64,000 nucleotides of DNA from Alphaproteobacteria bacterium (GCA_016735395.1 JAERRO010000006.1:2488-66487), one strand, 5' to 3'; shown: positions 19,567-28,994, numbered from the stretch's first letter. Numbers and translations are program-made. The notes: generated by a model not told the origin, from the letters alone.

Positions 19567-19885
19567 GTGTAGTTGTAGAACTCTAGATTCGGCGGTAGAC
19601 ATATTTTGGGGTAAAAAAATGACGGGAAAAACAAGCACAGATCTACAATTTCAGTTAGGCACAATTACAGAAAAATGGGAGGCATTGATCGGAAACCCAT
19701 TATGCTATGACCTCCGTCCTAGCAGACTTTATAAGGCAAAAAATGATATGATTACTCTAACGATTTTTGTATTCAATCCGTCGCTAAAAATGTCGTTAAA
19801 ATACCGTAAAACAGAACTATTATCAAAAATAAATACCGTATCTCAAACGACTACAATAGAAGACCTCAAATTTATATTTAAGTAA
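19553..19885 (+). CDS. DUF721/DciA-like small protein; the true start may be the internal ATG at about 19619
   Basis: ~100 aa. The pattern ...W..L.G..L......LY....D.ITLTIFV.NPSLKMSLKYRKTELLSKIN resembles DUF721. This is weak. Confidence 0.35.
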   Translation: MKKYRCSCRTLDSAVDIFWGKKMTGKTSTDLQFQLGTITEKWEALIGNPLCYDLRPSRLYKAKNDMITLTIFVFNPSLKMSLKYRKTELLSKINTVSQTTTIEDLKFIFK

Positions 19886-19973
19886 TTATATCTATACGAC
19901 GAAGATAAAAAAACACAATTATTTACTCCGACAATTTTTATAAAATGAAAATAATGTTATTACTTTAACAATA

Positions 19974-20846
19974 TCAAAACATATAATGTTTTGCCTCGAA
20001 AGTTTTTTGAGCATTAATCTGGTTCAGAAAATTATCGACTTCCTCTGCCGCTTCGTTAATTAAAGTCAAAGAGCTAGTCGTCCTCAAAATGTACGGAGAT
20101 GCTTTAGTACTTCCTGTAAGCCAATAGTTGTCTCCACTGTTTGGCGGTCCATATTTTTGTTCTGCACTTTGCCAAAAATTAAATATTTTAAGTTTTCTTT
20201 GATACTCAAATTTTTCACCGAGTCCGTCAGTGTCTCCCGCATCATTAGTATAGACAATTTTCCAAACTTTAGAGTTCGCTAAAGGACTAGTAAAATGCAA
20301 CTCGATAGTCTCGGCAGTCTCATTCCTCTTTAGAAAAAGAACTTTTTGATAGAGCCAGTTATTCTGTTGTGCGACTCTGTGTATACATTTAGAAATTTCC
20401 GACGGGACGGTCAAAGATTGTCTACATACATAGTCTAAATTATATCTGTAAAATCTATGCATTTCTTGTTCTGACTTTTTTGAGATATCTATCCCGAATC
20501 TGATATTTTTATTTTTCAAAAAAGATTGCACGAGTTCTTTCGACATACCTAGAACGAATCCCGAGACATCTAGCATACCTTCATCTAAAAACTCTTTTTC
20601 TTGATTGAGTTCTTGAGATAACATTGTAGAAGTAATTTTGGAAATCTCATTTTGAGTTATGTCTGCGATATGGTTTGTTGAGTTCTCTGTATTTTTCCTA
20701 TCGATATTTTTGTCGATATTAAATTTAGGGAGACCTTTCGAATTAGCCTGTATAGTTAAAAAAGGGCAAATCAAAAGAACAAACAATATATAGATAATTT
20801 TATTAAACATACATAAACTATATAATAAAAGAGAAGACAATAACAA
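19974..20846 (-). CDS. Hypothetical secreted protein
   Basis: 290-aa ORF whose N-terminal hydrophobic signal peptide is ...ILFVLLICPFLTIQANS. No recognisable domain. Confidence 0.5.
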   Translation of the reverse strand: MLLSSLLLYSLCMFNKIIYILFVLLICPFLTIQANSKGLPKFNIDKNIDRKNTENSTNHIADITQNEISKITSTMLSQELNQEKEFLDEGMLDVSGFVLGMSKELVQSFLKNKNIRFGIDISKKSEQEMHRFYRYNLDYVCRQSLTVPSEISKCIHRVAQQNNWLYQKVLFLKRNETAETIELHFTSPLANSKVWKIVYTNDAGDTDGLGEKFEYQRKLKIFNFWQSAEQKYGPPNSGDNYWLTGSTKASPYILRTTSSLTLINEAAEEVDNFLNQINAQKTFEAKHYMF

Positions 20847-20855
20847 GTAAAAGTT

Positions 20856-21371
20856 CTATAGTATTTTTCTGCTATCTAGAATAAATTTATATGCTTCTAC
20901 TATTCCTGCGAAGAACTTTTTATCTATATCTTTATTTTTGTCTGGATGATATTTTTTGACTAATTTTAAATATTCTTTTTTTATATTTTCTAGTTCACAA
21001 TCTTGTTCTATCTTAAAAATATTGTGAGCTATTTCTAGAGTTTCTGTATAAATAGATCTGACTGTCTTAACCTTTTTATTTTTAAAAAAGAGAAATTGTT
21101 CTATATTTTCTTCTACAGATCTATTAGATTTTGCCGACGATTTCAGTGGCAACCCTACCTTGAGTTCAAAGTCTATCGCCTCTATTTCTTTATCCGACAA
21201 ACCTTTATAATAGTTCCAAGATTTATTATATTCTTTTACATGTTTCAAGCAAAAGTACCAGTGATCCTTCAGCCCTCTATTTTTTGGCGCCTTAAATTCT
21301 CCTGCATTAGAACATTTCATTGCATCGCATCTTCTACGAAAATCCGGTCTTTTTGTCATTTTTTTGATCAT
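20856..21371 (-). CDS. J-domain (DnaJ-like) protein with an N-terminal Cys/His cluster
   Basis: A C-terminal J-domain has the HPD motif (KKYHPDKNKD). The N-terminus reads CDAMKCSNAG...HWYFCLKHVKEYN, suggesting a zinc-binding module. Confidence 0.55.
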   Translation of the reverse strand: MIKKMTKRPDFRRRCDAMKCSNAGEFKAPKNRGLKDHWYFCLKHVKEYNKSWNYYKGLSDKEIEAIDFELKVGLPLKSSAKSNRSVEENIEQFLFFKNKKVKTVRSIYTETLEIAHNIFKIEQDCELENIKKEYLKLVKKYHPDKNKDIDKKFFAGIVEAYKFILDSRKIL

Positions 21372-22246
21372 TTTGAACTACTATTGTTATTTTTTATCAT
21401 AGGATGTTTTAAAAGTTGTTTATGTAATTCAGAATTTTCTAGATGAGTATAAATTTGTGTAGTCGAGATATTTTGGTGTCCTAGAAAAGCCTGAATTGTT
21501 TCCAGTTGCACACCGCCTGCGAGCAAATGAGTAGCGATAGAATGTCGTAAAATGTGAGGTGAAACTTTAGAGCTAGTCCACCCTAAATCAGGGGCAATCC
21601 TTTTTACCATTTTAAAAAAACCACCTCTAGTTAAATGTCCACTTGAAGAATTACTAGGAAATAAAAACGGTGATTTTGCCCATTTTTTATCTTTAGATAA
21701 ATCTTCGATCCACCTATCGACAATTTCTTTTACAGTTTTTGTAATAGGGATAATCCGTTCTTTGTTCCCCTTTCCTAATACAAAAATAGAATCTTTACCT
21801 ACATTATTTTTTTTCAACGAGACTAATTCGGAGACTCTCAATCCTGTATAATAGATCAACTTCATCATCGTTATAGCTCTTATATTATCGTCTAATTTAG
21901 TTAACTTTTTGATATCATTTTCTGAAATTACTTTAGGAAGTCTGTTATAACTTTTGGTCTTACAAGAGTCTAGATCAGGAATTTTCTTTATCAATTGTTC
22001 GGAGAATAAAAACTGCAGATATTGTTTTAGGGCAGAAATTTTTCTTTGTTGAGATGTCATATTAAATTTTTGCAAGAAAGATTGATACTCAAGAAATTCG
22101 TCTACAGAGACTTCTTCTATTTTTTTATTAACAAATTGAGCTAACTGAAACAGATCACTTCTATATGCATTGATAGTATTTTTAGACACTCCTCTTTCTG
22201 CGAGCATCATATCAAAAAAAGTTTCGTAGATAAATTTATTAGTCAT
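21368..22246 (-). CDS. xerD: Site-specific tyrosine recombinase XerD
   Basis: 292 aa. The N-terminal SAM-like domain (ERGVSKNTINAYRSDL) and the catalytic tail HILRHSIATHLL...TQIYTHL are both typical of XerC/D. Confidence 0.8.
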   Translation of the reverse strand: MTNKFIYETFFDMMLAERGVSKNTINAYRSDLFQLAQFVNKKIEEVSVDEFLEYQSFLQKFNMTSQQRKISALKQYLQFLFSEQLIKKIPDLDSCKTKSYNRLPKVISENDIKKLTKLDDNIRAITMMKLIYYTGLRVSELVSLKKNNVGKDSIFVLGKGNKERIIPITKTVKEIVDRWIEDLSKDKKWAKSPFLFPSNSSSGHLTRGGFFKMVKRIAPDLGWTSSKVSPHILRHSIATHLLAGGVQLETIQAFLGHQNISTTQIYTHLENSELHKQLLKHPMIKNNNSSSK

Positions 22247-22394
22247 ATCTTTGTAATTGAATTTCCGTGATTACTATGTCCTGTTTCGGAGTTATAACGA
22301 AAAGCAGAACCGAAGCTAGAAAACCTATTAGCATTATTAACAATACTTTTTTGATGTTTCTTTTTAGATAATATTTTTTCGCCAAAATTTTCAT
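22239..22394 (-). CDS. Possible 51-aa single-TM small protein whose stop overlaps the xerD start codon region
   Basis: Hand translation gives MKILAKKYYLKRNIKKVLLIMLIGFLASVLLFVITPKQDIVITEIQLQRYD. Its stop overlaps the xerD ATG (tATGACTAA). It is below the ORF-track size cutoff and has no strong SD. Confidence 0.2.
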   Translation of the reverse strand: MKILAKKYYLKRNIKKVLLIMLIGFLASVLLFVITPKQDIVITEIQLQRYD

Positions 22395-22412
22395 ACAGTT
22401 TTATTTATGGAG

Positions 22413-22793
22413 TTATACTCCATCTAGCATTCTTAAATATCCGCTAGCTCCAGAGGCACCTTCTTGAGGCACAAAAATTTCTACAACATAAGACGATAAA
22501 AACAGTAATAGGAATCCGATCATTATCCAAAATATCTGTTCCATACTTATCGGAGCTTTTCCATCTTCGGCTTTTCCTGTTAAATTATTTTTGATAAGAT
22601 TGTATCCTATTTTAAAGAACAGTAATCCCGCTGCTATAAATATCAAAATTCTAATGGTCGTCAAAACCCCTGCAATTCTACCAGTAATTTCACCTAGAGC
22701 TTGCCCACTTGATGCTGGAAGGTCTATTGCGAAGACGAGTAAAACGAGAAAAATTCCTAGATGTATCATTACTGGTTTAAATTTATTAGTCAT
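22413..22793 (-). CDS. VirB2/TrbC-like (type IV secretion pilin-like) membrane protein
   Basis: 126 aa. A signal peptide is followed by a short hydrophilic stretch, a TM segment, a charged loop (KNNLTGKAEDGKAP), a second TM segment and a short tail. This architecture is typical of T4SS pilin subunits. The call is by architecture only. Confidence 0.3.
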   Translation of the reverse strand: MTNKFKPVMIHLGIFLVLLVFAIDLPASSGQALGEITGRIAGVLTTIRILIFIAAGLLFFKIGYNLIKNNLTGKAEDGKAPISMEQIFWIMIGFLLLFLSSYVVEIFVPQEGASGASGYLRMLDGV

Positions 22794-22804
22794 ACAAAAT
22801 CCTT

Positions 22805-22942
22805 TTAGTTTATTTCAGGCGGTAAAATTAGTGTTTTACCATTATCTAATTGATGTTTATAAGGGCACTTACTACAAGCGACTATTGACAGCAACATTAC
22901 AGTTAAAACAACAGTTTTTATGCTTATAGACATTATGTTCAT
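22805..22942 (-). CDS. 45-aa mini-lipoprotein (VirB7-like in size), 6 nt upstream of the pilin-like gene
   Basis: Hand translation gives MNIMSISIKTVVLTVMLLSIVAC|SKCPYKHQLDNGKTLILPPEIN, with lipobox IVAC. An AAAGGT SD sits 7 nt upstream. It is below the ORF-track cutoff. Confidence 0.4.
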   Translation of the reverse strand: MNIMSISIKTVVLTVMLLSIVACSKCPYKHQLDNGKTLILPPEIN

Positions 22943-23003
22943 AGAATTACCTTTATTGCATTATACATTAAAAAGGCATATAGTTCAAATAAAAAGATAG
23001 AAA

Positions 23004-23399
23004 ATGTTAGGGATAAAATTTTACCGTTGGATTAGCGGGAAACCATTTACTTCGTACGAGTTCGGTATAATATCAGAACATTTAGCTGGGATATATCTAT
23101 TTTTCAAGGGTTATACTATAGTCTCCCGCAGATATTCTGGAAAGCGGGGTTACCCTACGGGCGAAGTAGATCTAATTGCATACCACAAGAAGACTTTAAT
23201 ATTTGTAGAGATTAAAAAACGTAAGACTTTAAATTTAGCATCAGAAAGTATCAGTCCCCGTCAACGATACCGTATAAGAAAAAGTTATCATCTATTTACC
23301 AGTCGTCACCCCCGTTTTAAAAATTACGGTATTAGATTCGACACTATATTATTCGGCAAAGACTTATTAAAACCTAGGCACATAAAAAATGCATTTTAG
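23004..23399 (+). CDS. yraN: UPF0102/YraN-family endonuclease-like protein
   Basis: 131 aa. GEVDLIAYHKKTLIFVEIKKRK matches the YraN core (GEIDLIA...VFVEVK.R). Confidence 0.6.
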   Translation: MLGIKFYRWISGKPFTSYEFGIISEHLAGIYLFFKGYTIVSRRYSGKRGYPTGEVDLIAYHKKTLIFVEIKKRKTLNLASESISPRQRYRIRKSYHLFTSRHPRFKNYGIRFDTILFGKDLLKPRHIKNAF

Positions 23400-23430
23400 T
23401 TATTTACTTTAATATTGATATTCATTATAA

Positions 23431-23700
23431 TTGTCTATGACAAATATGACGGAACTTTACAAAACTGTTTCTAATCTAGAATTAGTGATAGCATCTTTAT
23501 CTAAAGAGGTTGAGGTATACAAAAACGAGATGCACAGCAATTTTAATACTGTATTATTGAACACTACAAAAAATTTAGAAGATAAAATAGGGGAGCTTCA
23601 GGAAAAAATCCGTCTCTTCAAACAAAAGTCCAGTAATTTATTAGCGGAGTGGGAAGAAGAAATTATGAAGTTAGAAAAATCTAAAGACGATATAAAATGA
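23431..23700 (+). CDS. ZapB/ZauP-like coiled-coil partner of ZapA
   Basis: 89 aa, entirely heptad-like coiled coil. It lies immediately upstream of zapA with a 4-nt overlap, as zauP-zapA does in alphaproteobacteria. Confidence 0.45.
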   Translation: MSMTNMTELYKTVSNLELVIASLSKEVEVYKNEMHSNFNTVLLNTTKNLEDKIGELQEKIRLFKQKSSNLLAEWEEEIMKLEKSKDDIK

Positions 23701-24053
23701 GTGCTTTCATATTCAAACTATTAGACAAAAGTTATCAGATATCGATAAAATCTGACTATAGTGATAGGATGTTATTATTGTCGAAAGAGTTAAACAAAAA
23801 GGCTCGACAATTACAAAAAAACCAAGGCATACTAGAAGAGAGGCAAGTTTTAATTTATCTATCTTTTATGTTGATCGACGAATTAGATCTATATGTTCAA
23901 GGAGATAAAAGTCCTGAAGAAAAGCGAGGAGAGATCCGCGAGTTGAGACAGAGGACTTTAGAAATGACCGAACAGATAGAAGATATTAAAGCGGGGTTAA
24001 AAGTGGACAATTTTAATTTATTAGATTCTTCTACAGAAGGCTCTAATAAATAA
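23697..24053 (+). CDS. zapA: Cell division protein ZapA
   Basis: 118 aa. The KSYQISIKSDY...LNKKARQL...ERQVLIYLSFMLIDEL pattern matches ZapA. Confidence 0.6.
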   Translation: MSAFIFKLLDKSYQISIKSDYSDRMLLLSKELNKKARQLQKNQGILEERQVLIYLSFMLIDELDLYVQGDKSPEEKRGEIRELRQRTLEMTEQIEDIKAGLKVDNFNLLDSSTEGSNK

Positions 24054-24092
24054 TTTTTACGGCATTTTCGATAGTTTTTTATCTTAACAAAT

Positions 24093-26237
24093 TTATTCTA
24101 CTAAAGTTCTTCTACCCATTTGATCTGGAGAAGTTATGATGCCCTCTTCTTCCATCTTGTCTATCATAGAGGCCGCTCGTCCGTATCCTATTCGAAGTTT
24201 TCGTTGTAGAAAAGATGTCGAGGCTCTTTTAGATTCTTTGATTAGGGAGACTGCCTGTTGATAAATATCTCCGTCATTATTATTATGACTAGTTGCATTA
24301 CCCACTGGATTTGCATCTTCAAAAACGTCTAGATTATATTCAGGCGGGGCCTGTTTTTTCCAAAATTTTGCGACCCTTTGTGCCTCTATCTCACTTACAA
24401 AAGCTCCGTGAGTTCTGATGAAGGCTCGTCCCGCAGGCATATATAACATATCACCTTGGTCTAACAAACTTTCTGCTCCCATAGAATCCAAAATCGTTCG
24501 AGAGTCTACTCTAGAAGAAACTTGAAAGCTAACTCTAGTAGGAAAATTTGCTTTTATAACTCCCGTAATTACATTTACACTAGGTCTTTGGGTTGCTAAA
24601 ACCAGATGTATTCCCGCCGCCCTTCCCATTTGAGCTAACCGTTGCAAACTAGGTTCGACATCTTTTGCACTAGTCACCATTAAGTCTGCGAGTTCATCTA
24701 TAACTATTACGATAAATGGGATCTTGACTAACGGCAATATTTTTTCTTTCTTTGTGATATCTCCGTTATCTTCGGCAATTTCTACGGTATATTTTAGTAC
24801 TTTTTGACTTGCTTTAGCAGACAAAATTTTATTATTAAAACTAGAGAGATCTTTTACACCGAAATTTTTCATTAGTCTATATCTTTTTTCCATTTCTCTA
24901 ACGGCCCATTTTAGAGAGTTTATAACTTTTTGATGTTTAGTTACGACGGGGACCAAAAGATGCGGGATATCTTCCCAGTCGGAGAATTCTATAATTTTGG
25001 GATCGACAAGAATAAATTTGCAGTCGTTAGGTGTGCATTTATATAATAGAGAAATAATTAGATCTCTAAGAAAAACAGATTTTCCTGAACCTGTTCTCCC
25101 GGCTAAAAGCAGATGGGGCATCTTCAGCAAATTCACGACGGATGCTCTTCCTGTGATGTCGCAACCTAGAACTACAGGAAGGGTAAATTCTGTAGTTTTA
25201 AACTCTTTACTTTCTACCATCTGTCTAAAAGAAACGATACTCCTTTGCAAATTCGGCAGTTCTACTCCAATAGTATTTCTACCTGAAATGACGGACATCC
25301 TAATAGATTGACATTTCATAGATCTTGCTATGTCCGCGGATAAAGCGACGACTTTAGAAGTTTTAGTTCCAGGGCTAGGTTCAAATTCGTAAACCGTAAT
25401 AACGGGGCCTGCTTTAATAGAATGTATTGTCCCGTCTATATTAAATTCTCTAAAAAATCGCAACAGTTGTTTTGCATTATTTTGAAATTGAATTTGAGAT
25501 TGTTTTTGTGGAAGTTTTGGAATAGATAGAAGTTCACTACTAGGCAAAGTAAAAGTAGGCGACTTTATTTTATCTTTTACTACAGATATTTTATTTTTGG
25601 GGACAGATTTAATTGTAGATTTTTTCTTCATTTTTACCATTTTCTCTTTTTTATTTAGAGACGGAGATTTATCGTTCTTCCTTGTGTATTGCCAGATTGA
25701 TTTATAAATCGCCAGAAGTATTTTATGCGGATAAATTCTAAACATTATCATTATAGAAATTGGGGCTACTATATATAGGAATGGCAAAATAATTACGGGT
25801 ACAATTTGTCCTAGTATCCACCCGAGGGCACCTGCGAAATCCGAATTGATGCTTTGTAATATAACAGATATAGAGAAGAAAGTTAAAATCGTCCATAAGA
25901 TATCTTTCTGATTTTTGACTTCGAAGTCTATCCAAGATAAATTAGTTATTAAAAGTTTATATGATCTTTTTATCATAAATATGGTAAATAATATAGATAA
26001 AGTGCTTCCAATTAAATACTTAAAAAATATTATAAAGTTGTCTACAAAGATCGCACCTTTATGAATTTCATTTGAATATATTAAAAATCCTAGAGCATCT
26101 TTCTCGAACAGAATATTATAGAGAACTATGATCCAAAAGACGAGTAAAGAAAAACGGAGAATATATCTTCTAGTTTTAGACAGGAACGAATTATTAGAAC
26201 TATCTAAAAAATTATCTTTAACCCCTGCAAATTTCAT
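24093..26237 (-). CDS. ftsK: DNA translocase FtsK
   Basis: 714 aa. An N-terminal polytopic membrane domain is followed by Walker A GRTGSGKS and a C-terminal gamma winged-helix (LQRKLRIGYGRAASMIDKMEEEGII). Confidence 0.85.
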   Translation of the reverse strand: MKFAGVKDNFLDSSNNSFLSKTRRYILRFSLLVFWIIVLYNILFEKDALGFLIYSNEIHKGAIFVDNFIIFFKYLIGSTLSILFTIFMIKRSYKLLITNLSWIDFEVKNQKDILWTILTFFSISVILQSINSDFAGALGWILGQIVPVIILPFLYIVAPISIMIMFRIYPHKILLAIYKSIWQYTRKNDKSPSLNKKEKMVKMKKKSTIKSVPKNKISVVKDKIKSPTFTLPSSELLSIPKLPQKQSQIQFQNNAKQLLRFFREFNIDGTIHSIKAGPVITVYEFEPSPGTKTSKVVALSADIARSMKCQSIRMSVISGRNTIGVELPNLQRSIVSFRQMVESKEFKTTEFTLPVVLGCDITGRASVVNLLKMPHLLLAGRTGSGKSVFLRDLIISLLYKCTPNDCKFILVDPKIIEFSDWEDIPHLLVPVVTKHQKVINSLKWAVREMEKRYRLMKNFGVKDLSSFNNKILSAKASQKVLKYTVEIAEDNGDITKKEKILPLVKIPFIVIVIDELADLMVTSAKDVEPSLQRLAQMGRAAGIHLVLATQRPSVNVITGVIKANFPTRVSFQVSSRVDSRTILDSMGAESLLDQGDMLYMPAGRAFIRTHGAFVSEIEAQRVAKFWKKQAPPEYNLDVFEDANPVGNATSHNNNDGDIYQQAVSLIKESKRASTSFLQRKLRIGYGRAASMIDKMEEEGIITSPDQMGRRTLVE

Positions 26238-26239
26238 AA

Positions 26240-26455
26240 TTATTTTTTTGTTCGCGATTTTGCCCCAGTATTTTTTTTAGTACCACCCTTCTTTTTGACA
26301 GGACTTTTCCCGGCGGTTTTAATATTATTGACTTCTTTCTTAAAAGTTTTCATCCCTTTTGCGAGGTTAGCCATCATATTAGGAATAGTTTTATGCCCAA
26401 AAAGAAGGAATATAAATATTAGAATTAGTGCAATTTCCCATAAGCTAGGTATCAT
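26240..26455 (-). CDS. tatA: Twin-arginine translocase subunit TatA/E
   Basis: 71 aa. An N-terminal TM helix (IALILIFIFLLFGHK) is followed by an amphipathic helix and a Lys-rich tail. Confidence 0.55.
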   Translation of the reverse strand: MIPSLWEIALILIFIFLLFGHKTIPNMMANLAKGMKTFKKEVNNIKTAGKSPVKKKGGTKKNTGAKSRTKK

Positions 26456-26472
26456 AAAAATTTCCTTTAAGT

Positions 26473-27306
26473 TTAGTATTTTATACTGAAGCAGTCTAGT
26501 TTTAATTGACTTTTAATTTTTCCACAGAGTGCATCTGCTTCTTTAACATTTACAAGATCTACTATTCTCACTCTATAATATCTTTCGCCGTTCGAGTTTC
26601 CTGGGACGATTATAATATTAGCTTTACTAAAAAAGTCTGGATATTTTTGTTTAAGTTGTGCTATTTTTACTTTAGCTGATCTCTCATTATTATATGAAAC
26701 CATCTGCACATGAAATCCCCTAGGAATTTTATTTACAGGCATTACTTTTGTTGCTTGAATTTTTCGTTGCACTGGTTTTTTCACCACAGGTTTTTCTACT
26801 GCTACTTTTTTCACCGCGAATTTTTTAACTTCTGGTGCTTTTTCGATAGATCTTTCGACTACAGGTTTCGTTACATTTTTATTTATTTTTACAGCTTTTA
26901 TCTTGACCTCTCTATCTTCGATTTTATTATTACTAATTTTTTTTATTGTTTCATTTTCTACTACTTTTTTATTATTACTTTCGTTAAGAGCTTTTAAAAC
27001 TGGTTCTAGATTATTTTCTTCGTCAACTCTAATTATATTATCATTGTCATTTCCTACGACAGGAATAATTTTAGAAAAATCTTGAGCTTTTTCTATAGGG
27101 ATAATTATAGGTTGTTGTTTATCGTTATTTTTAAAGATTATAAAACTTACAAGGCTAACTATTATCGCGGTAGTTGCAACAGAAGCTACTAAAATTAAAA
27201 CGGGAAAATTCTTTTTATAGTTATCTGCATTTTCTAGCGATTCTAAAAAAGAGTCTTCGTTCACATTGTTATCGTCTTCGTTGTTAAAAGGGTCTTTGAT
27301 ATTCAT
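26473..27306 (-). CDS. SPOR-domain cell-division protein (DedD/FtsN-like)
   Basis: 277 aa. It has an N-terminal TM segment, a Lys/Val/Pro-rich repetitive linker, and a C-terminal SPOR-like domain (FHVQMVSYNNERSAKVKIAQL...YYRVRIVDL). Confidence 0.5.
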   Translation of the reverse strand: MNIKDPFNNEDDNNVNEDSFLESLENADNYKKNFPVLILVASVATTAIIVSLVSFIIFKNNDKQQPIIIPIEKAQDFSKIIPVVGNDNDNIIRVDEENNLEPVLKALNESNNKKVVENETIKKISNNKIEDREVKIKAVKINKNVTKPVVERSIEKAPEVKKFAVKKVAVEKPVVKKPVQRKIQATKVMPVNKIPRGFHVQMVSYNNERSAKVKIAQLKQKYPDFFSKANIIIVPGNSNGERYYRVRIVDLVNVKEADALCGKIKSQLKLDCFSIKY

Positions 27307-27371
27307 AAAATCTCCTGTATTGTATATAACATTATATCACAAAAAACGAAAAAAAACAAACGAGAAAAATA

Positions 27372-28466
27372 TCAAATTTCTTGTAGTCGTAGAACTATCC
27401 AAAGTAAAATAATGCCTGTAAAAAACCAGGGTAAAACTACTGCCTGAAATGTCGTCAATAGTCCTATAGTACCGAGGCTTACAAAAAATTGAGTTATAAA
27501 GAAAATCGATAATCCAGATACTGTAGCGATTAAAAATCTTTTGATAAAGGACGAATTCCGTTCCCATTTAGATAAAGTCGCTATCATAGCTATAGCTATC
27601 ATTATGCAAAGCGAAACTGGAAACATTAACAGGCCGACAAATTTTGCTGAATATTGTCTAGTTGAAAATCCCTGTTCGTTCAGTCTTTTTATAGTTTTAG
27701 GCAACTCAAAAAATGGTATAAGATGTGGCGACATAAATTCTTCTTGTACTTTTCTAGGAGTGAGCGATGTCGTTAAAATTTTATCTTTGAATTTTACCAG
27801 TACTTGATCTATGTTAGATTTATAGCCGTCCTCAAGAGTTATTTTAAAATCTTGGAGAGTTGCTAATTTTGCGACTATGACGGTAAAATTTACGGTATCT
27901 CTTCGCGAATTGATTTTAGGGTAAATAAATATTTTGAGATTAAGCATTTCTACTTTATCGTCTTGAAAGTCTATAGCTTTAGAATAGATTATCATTTGAT
28001 AGTCGTCGTGTTTTTCATAGAACCAGAAGAGCCGTTGCTGATCATTTCTAACGAAGTCTATTTTATGTTCTAGAAAAAGTTTCTGCTGTTTTTTGGCTGT
28101 ATTGACTAGCATCAAGTCGCCTAAAGTCGCCCATATTATACCGAAAGATAGTGCGAAGACAAACCAAGATTTTCCTATATTCCAAAAGGAGACACCTATA
28201 CCACGAATTATAGTCATCTCGTTATGTTTTTGCAGATTTCTTATAACGGCTATTGTTGCGAATAAAAACATAATCGGCAATAACATAGGCATCAGTAATA
28301 TGACTTGAAACAGAGCTAATTGAAAAATGTCGAACACAGGAATTTTATCTCCTATGTGAGTGAGTTGTTCAAGAAAGGTGACGATTAAAATTATAGTGAT
28401 TAAACTTGCGACGACCAGAACTAGAGTTTTTAGAAAGATTTTCAACAGATTTTTATTGAGTACCAT
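27372..28466 (-). CDS. LPS export permease, LptF/LptG (YjgP/YjgQ) family
   Basis: 364 aa with 6 predicted TM segments and a periplasmic beta-jellyroll region. The N-terminal pattern matches LptF/G. Confidence 0.6.
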   Translation of the reverse strand: MVLNKNLLKIFLKTLVLVVASLITIILIVTFLEQLTHIGDKIPVFDIFQLALFQVILLMPMLLPIMFLFATIAVIRNLQKHNEMTIIRGIGVSFWNIGKSWFVFALSFGIIWATLGDLMLVNTAKKQQKLFLEHKIDFVRNDQQRLFWFYEKHDDYQMIIYSKAIDFQDDKVEMLNLKIFIYPKINSRRDTVNFTVIVAKLATLQDFKITLEDGYKSNIDQVLVKFKDKILTTSLTPRKVQEEFMSPHLIPFFELPKTIKRLNEQGFSTRQYSAKFVGLLMFPVSLCIMIAIAMIATLSKWERNSSFIKRFLIATVSGLSIFFITQFFVSLGTIGLLTTFQAVVLPWFFTGIILLWIVLRLQEI

Positions 28467-28520
28467 ATTATTAAACTTTGCTTCTCGAAGAGGAGACTAT
28501 TAGAAAAATAGCGGACGGCT

Positions 28521-28994
28521 TTATACCATACCCTTAAATTCTATCTTGATTATAGTAAATTCTTCTTGTCCACTCGGCATAGGAACCTCTACGATATCCC
28601 CCTCTTTTTTTCCAAGAATGGCGGCACCTATAGGCGAGTTAATAGAGATTCTATTATATTCTGCATCGGCTTCGACATCGCTTAAAACGATAAAGGTCAA
28701 CTCTTTTTTATCACTTTTTAGAGAAACCGTAGCCCCAAAAACGATGGAGTCTCCTTTCAATTTATCTATATTTACGACTTCTGAGTCTGCAATACTAGAA
28801 TTTATCTCTGCGATTCGTCCCTCTATGATGCCTTGTCTTTCTTTTGCAGAGTGATATTCTGCATTTTCAGACAAGTCTCCAAGTTCTCTTGCCGTCGATA
28901 TTGCTTCGATAATCTTAGGACGGTCGACTAGGTTAAGTTGTTTAAGTTCTTTTTCTAATTTTTCAAAACCGTGATTAGTAATAGGTGTTGCCAT
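28521..28994 (-). CDS. greA: Transcription elongation factor GreA
   Basis: 157 aa with an N-terminal coiled-coil and a C-terminal FKBP-like domain. Confidence 0.8.
   Translation of the reverse strand: MATPITNHGFEKLEKELKQLNLVDRPKIIEAISTARELGDLSENAEYHSAKERQGIIEGRIAEINSSIADSEVVNIDKLKGDSIVFGATVSLKSDKKELTFIVLSDVEADAEYNRISINSPIGAAILGKKEGDIVEVPMPSGQEEFTIIKIEFKGMV

Noticed and set aside
26710-27085. Phe/Tyr-rich 95-aa and 60-aa plus-strand ORFs
   Set aside because: They are antisense to the Lys-rich repetitive linker of the SPOR-domain gene. This is a compositional artefact.
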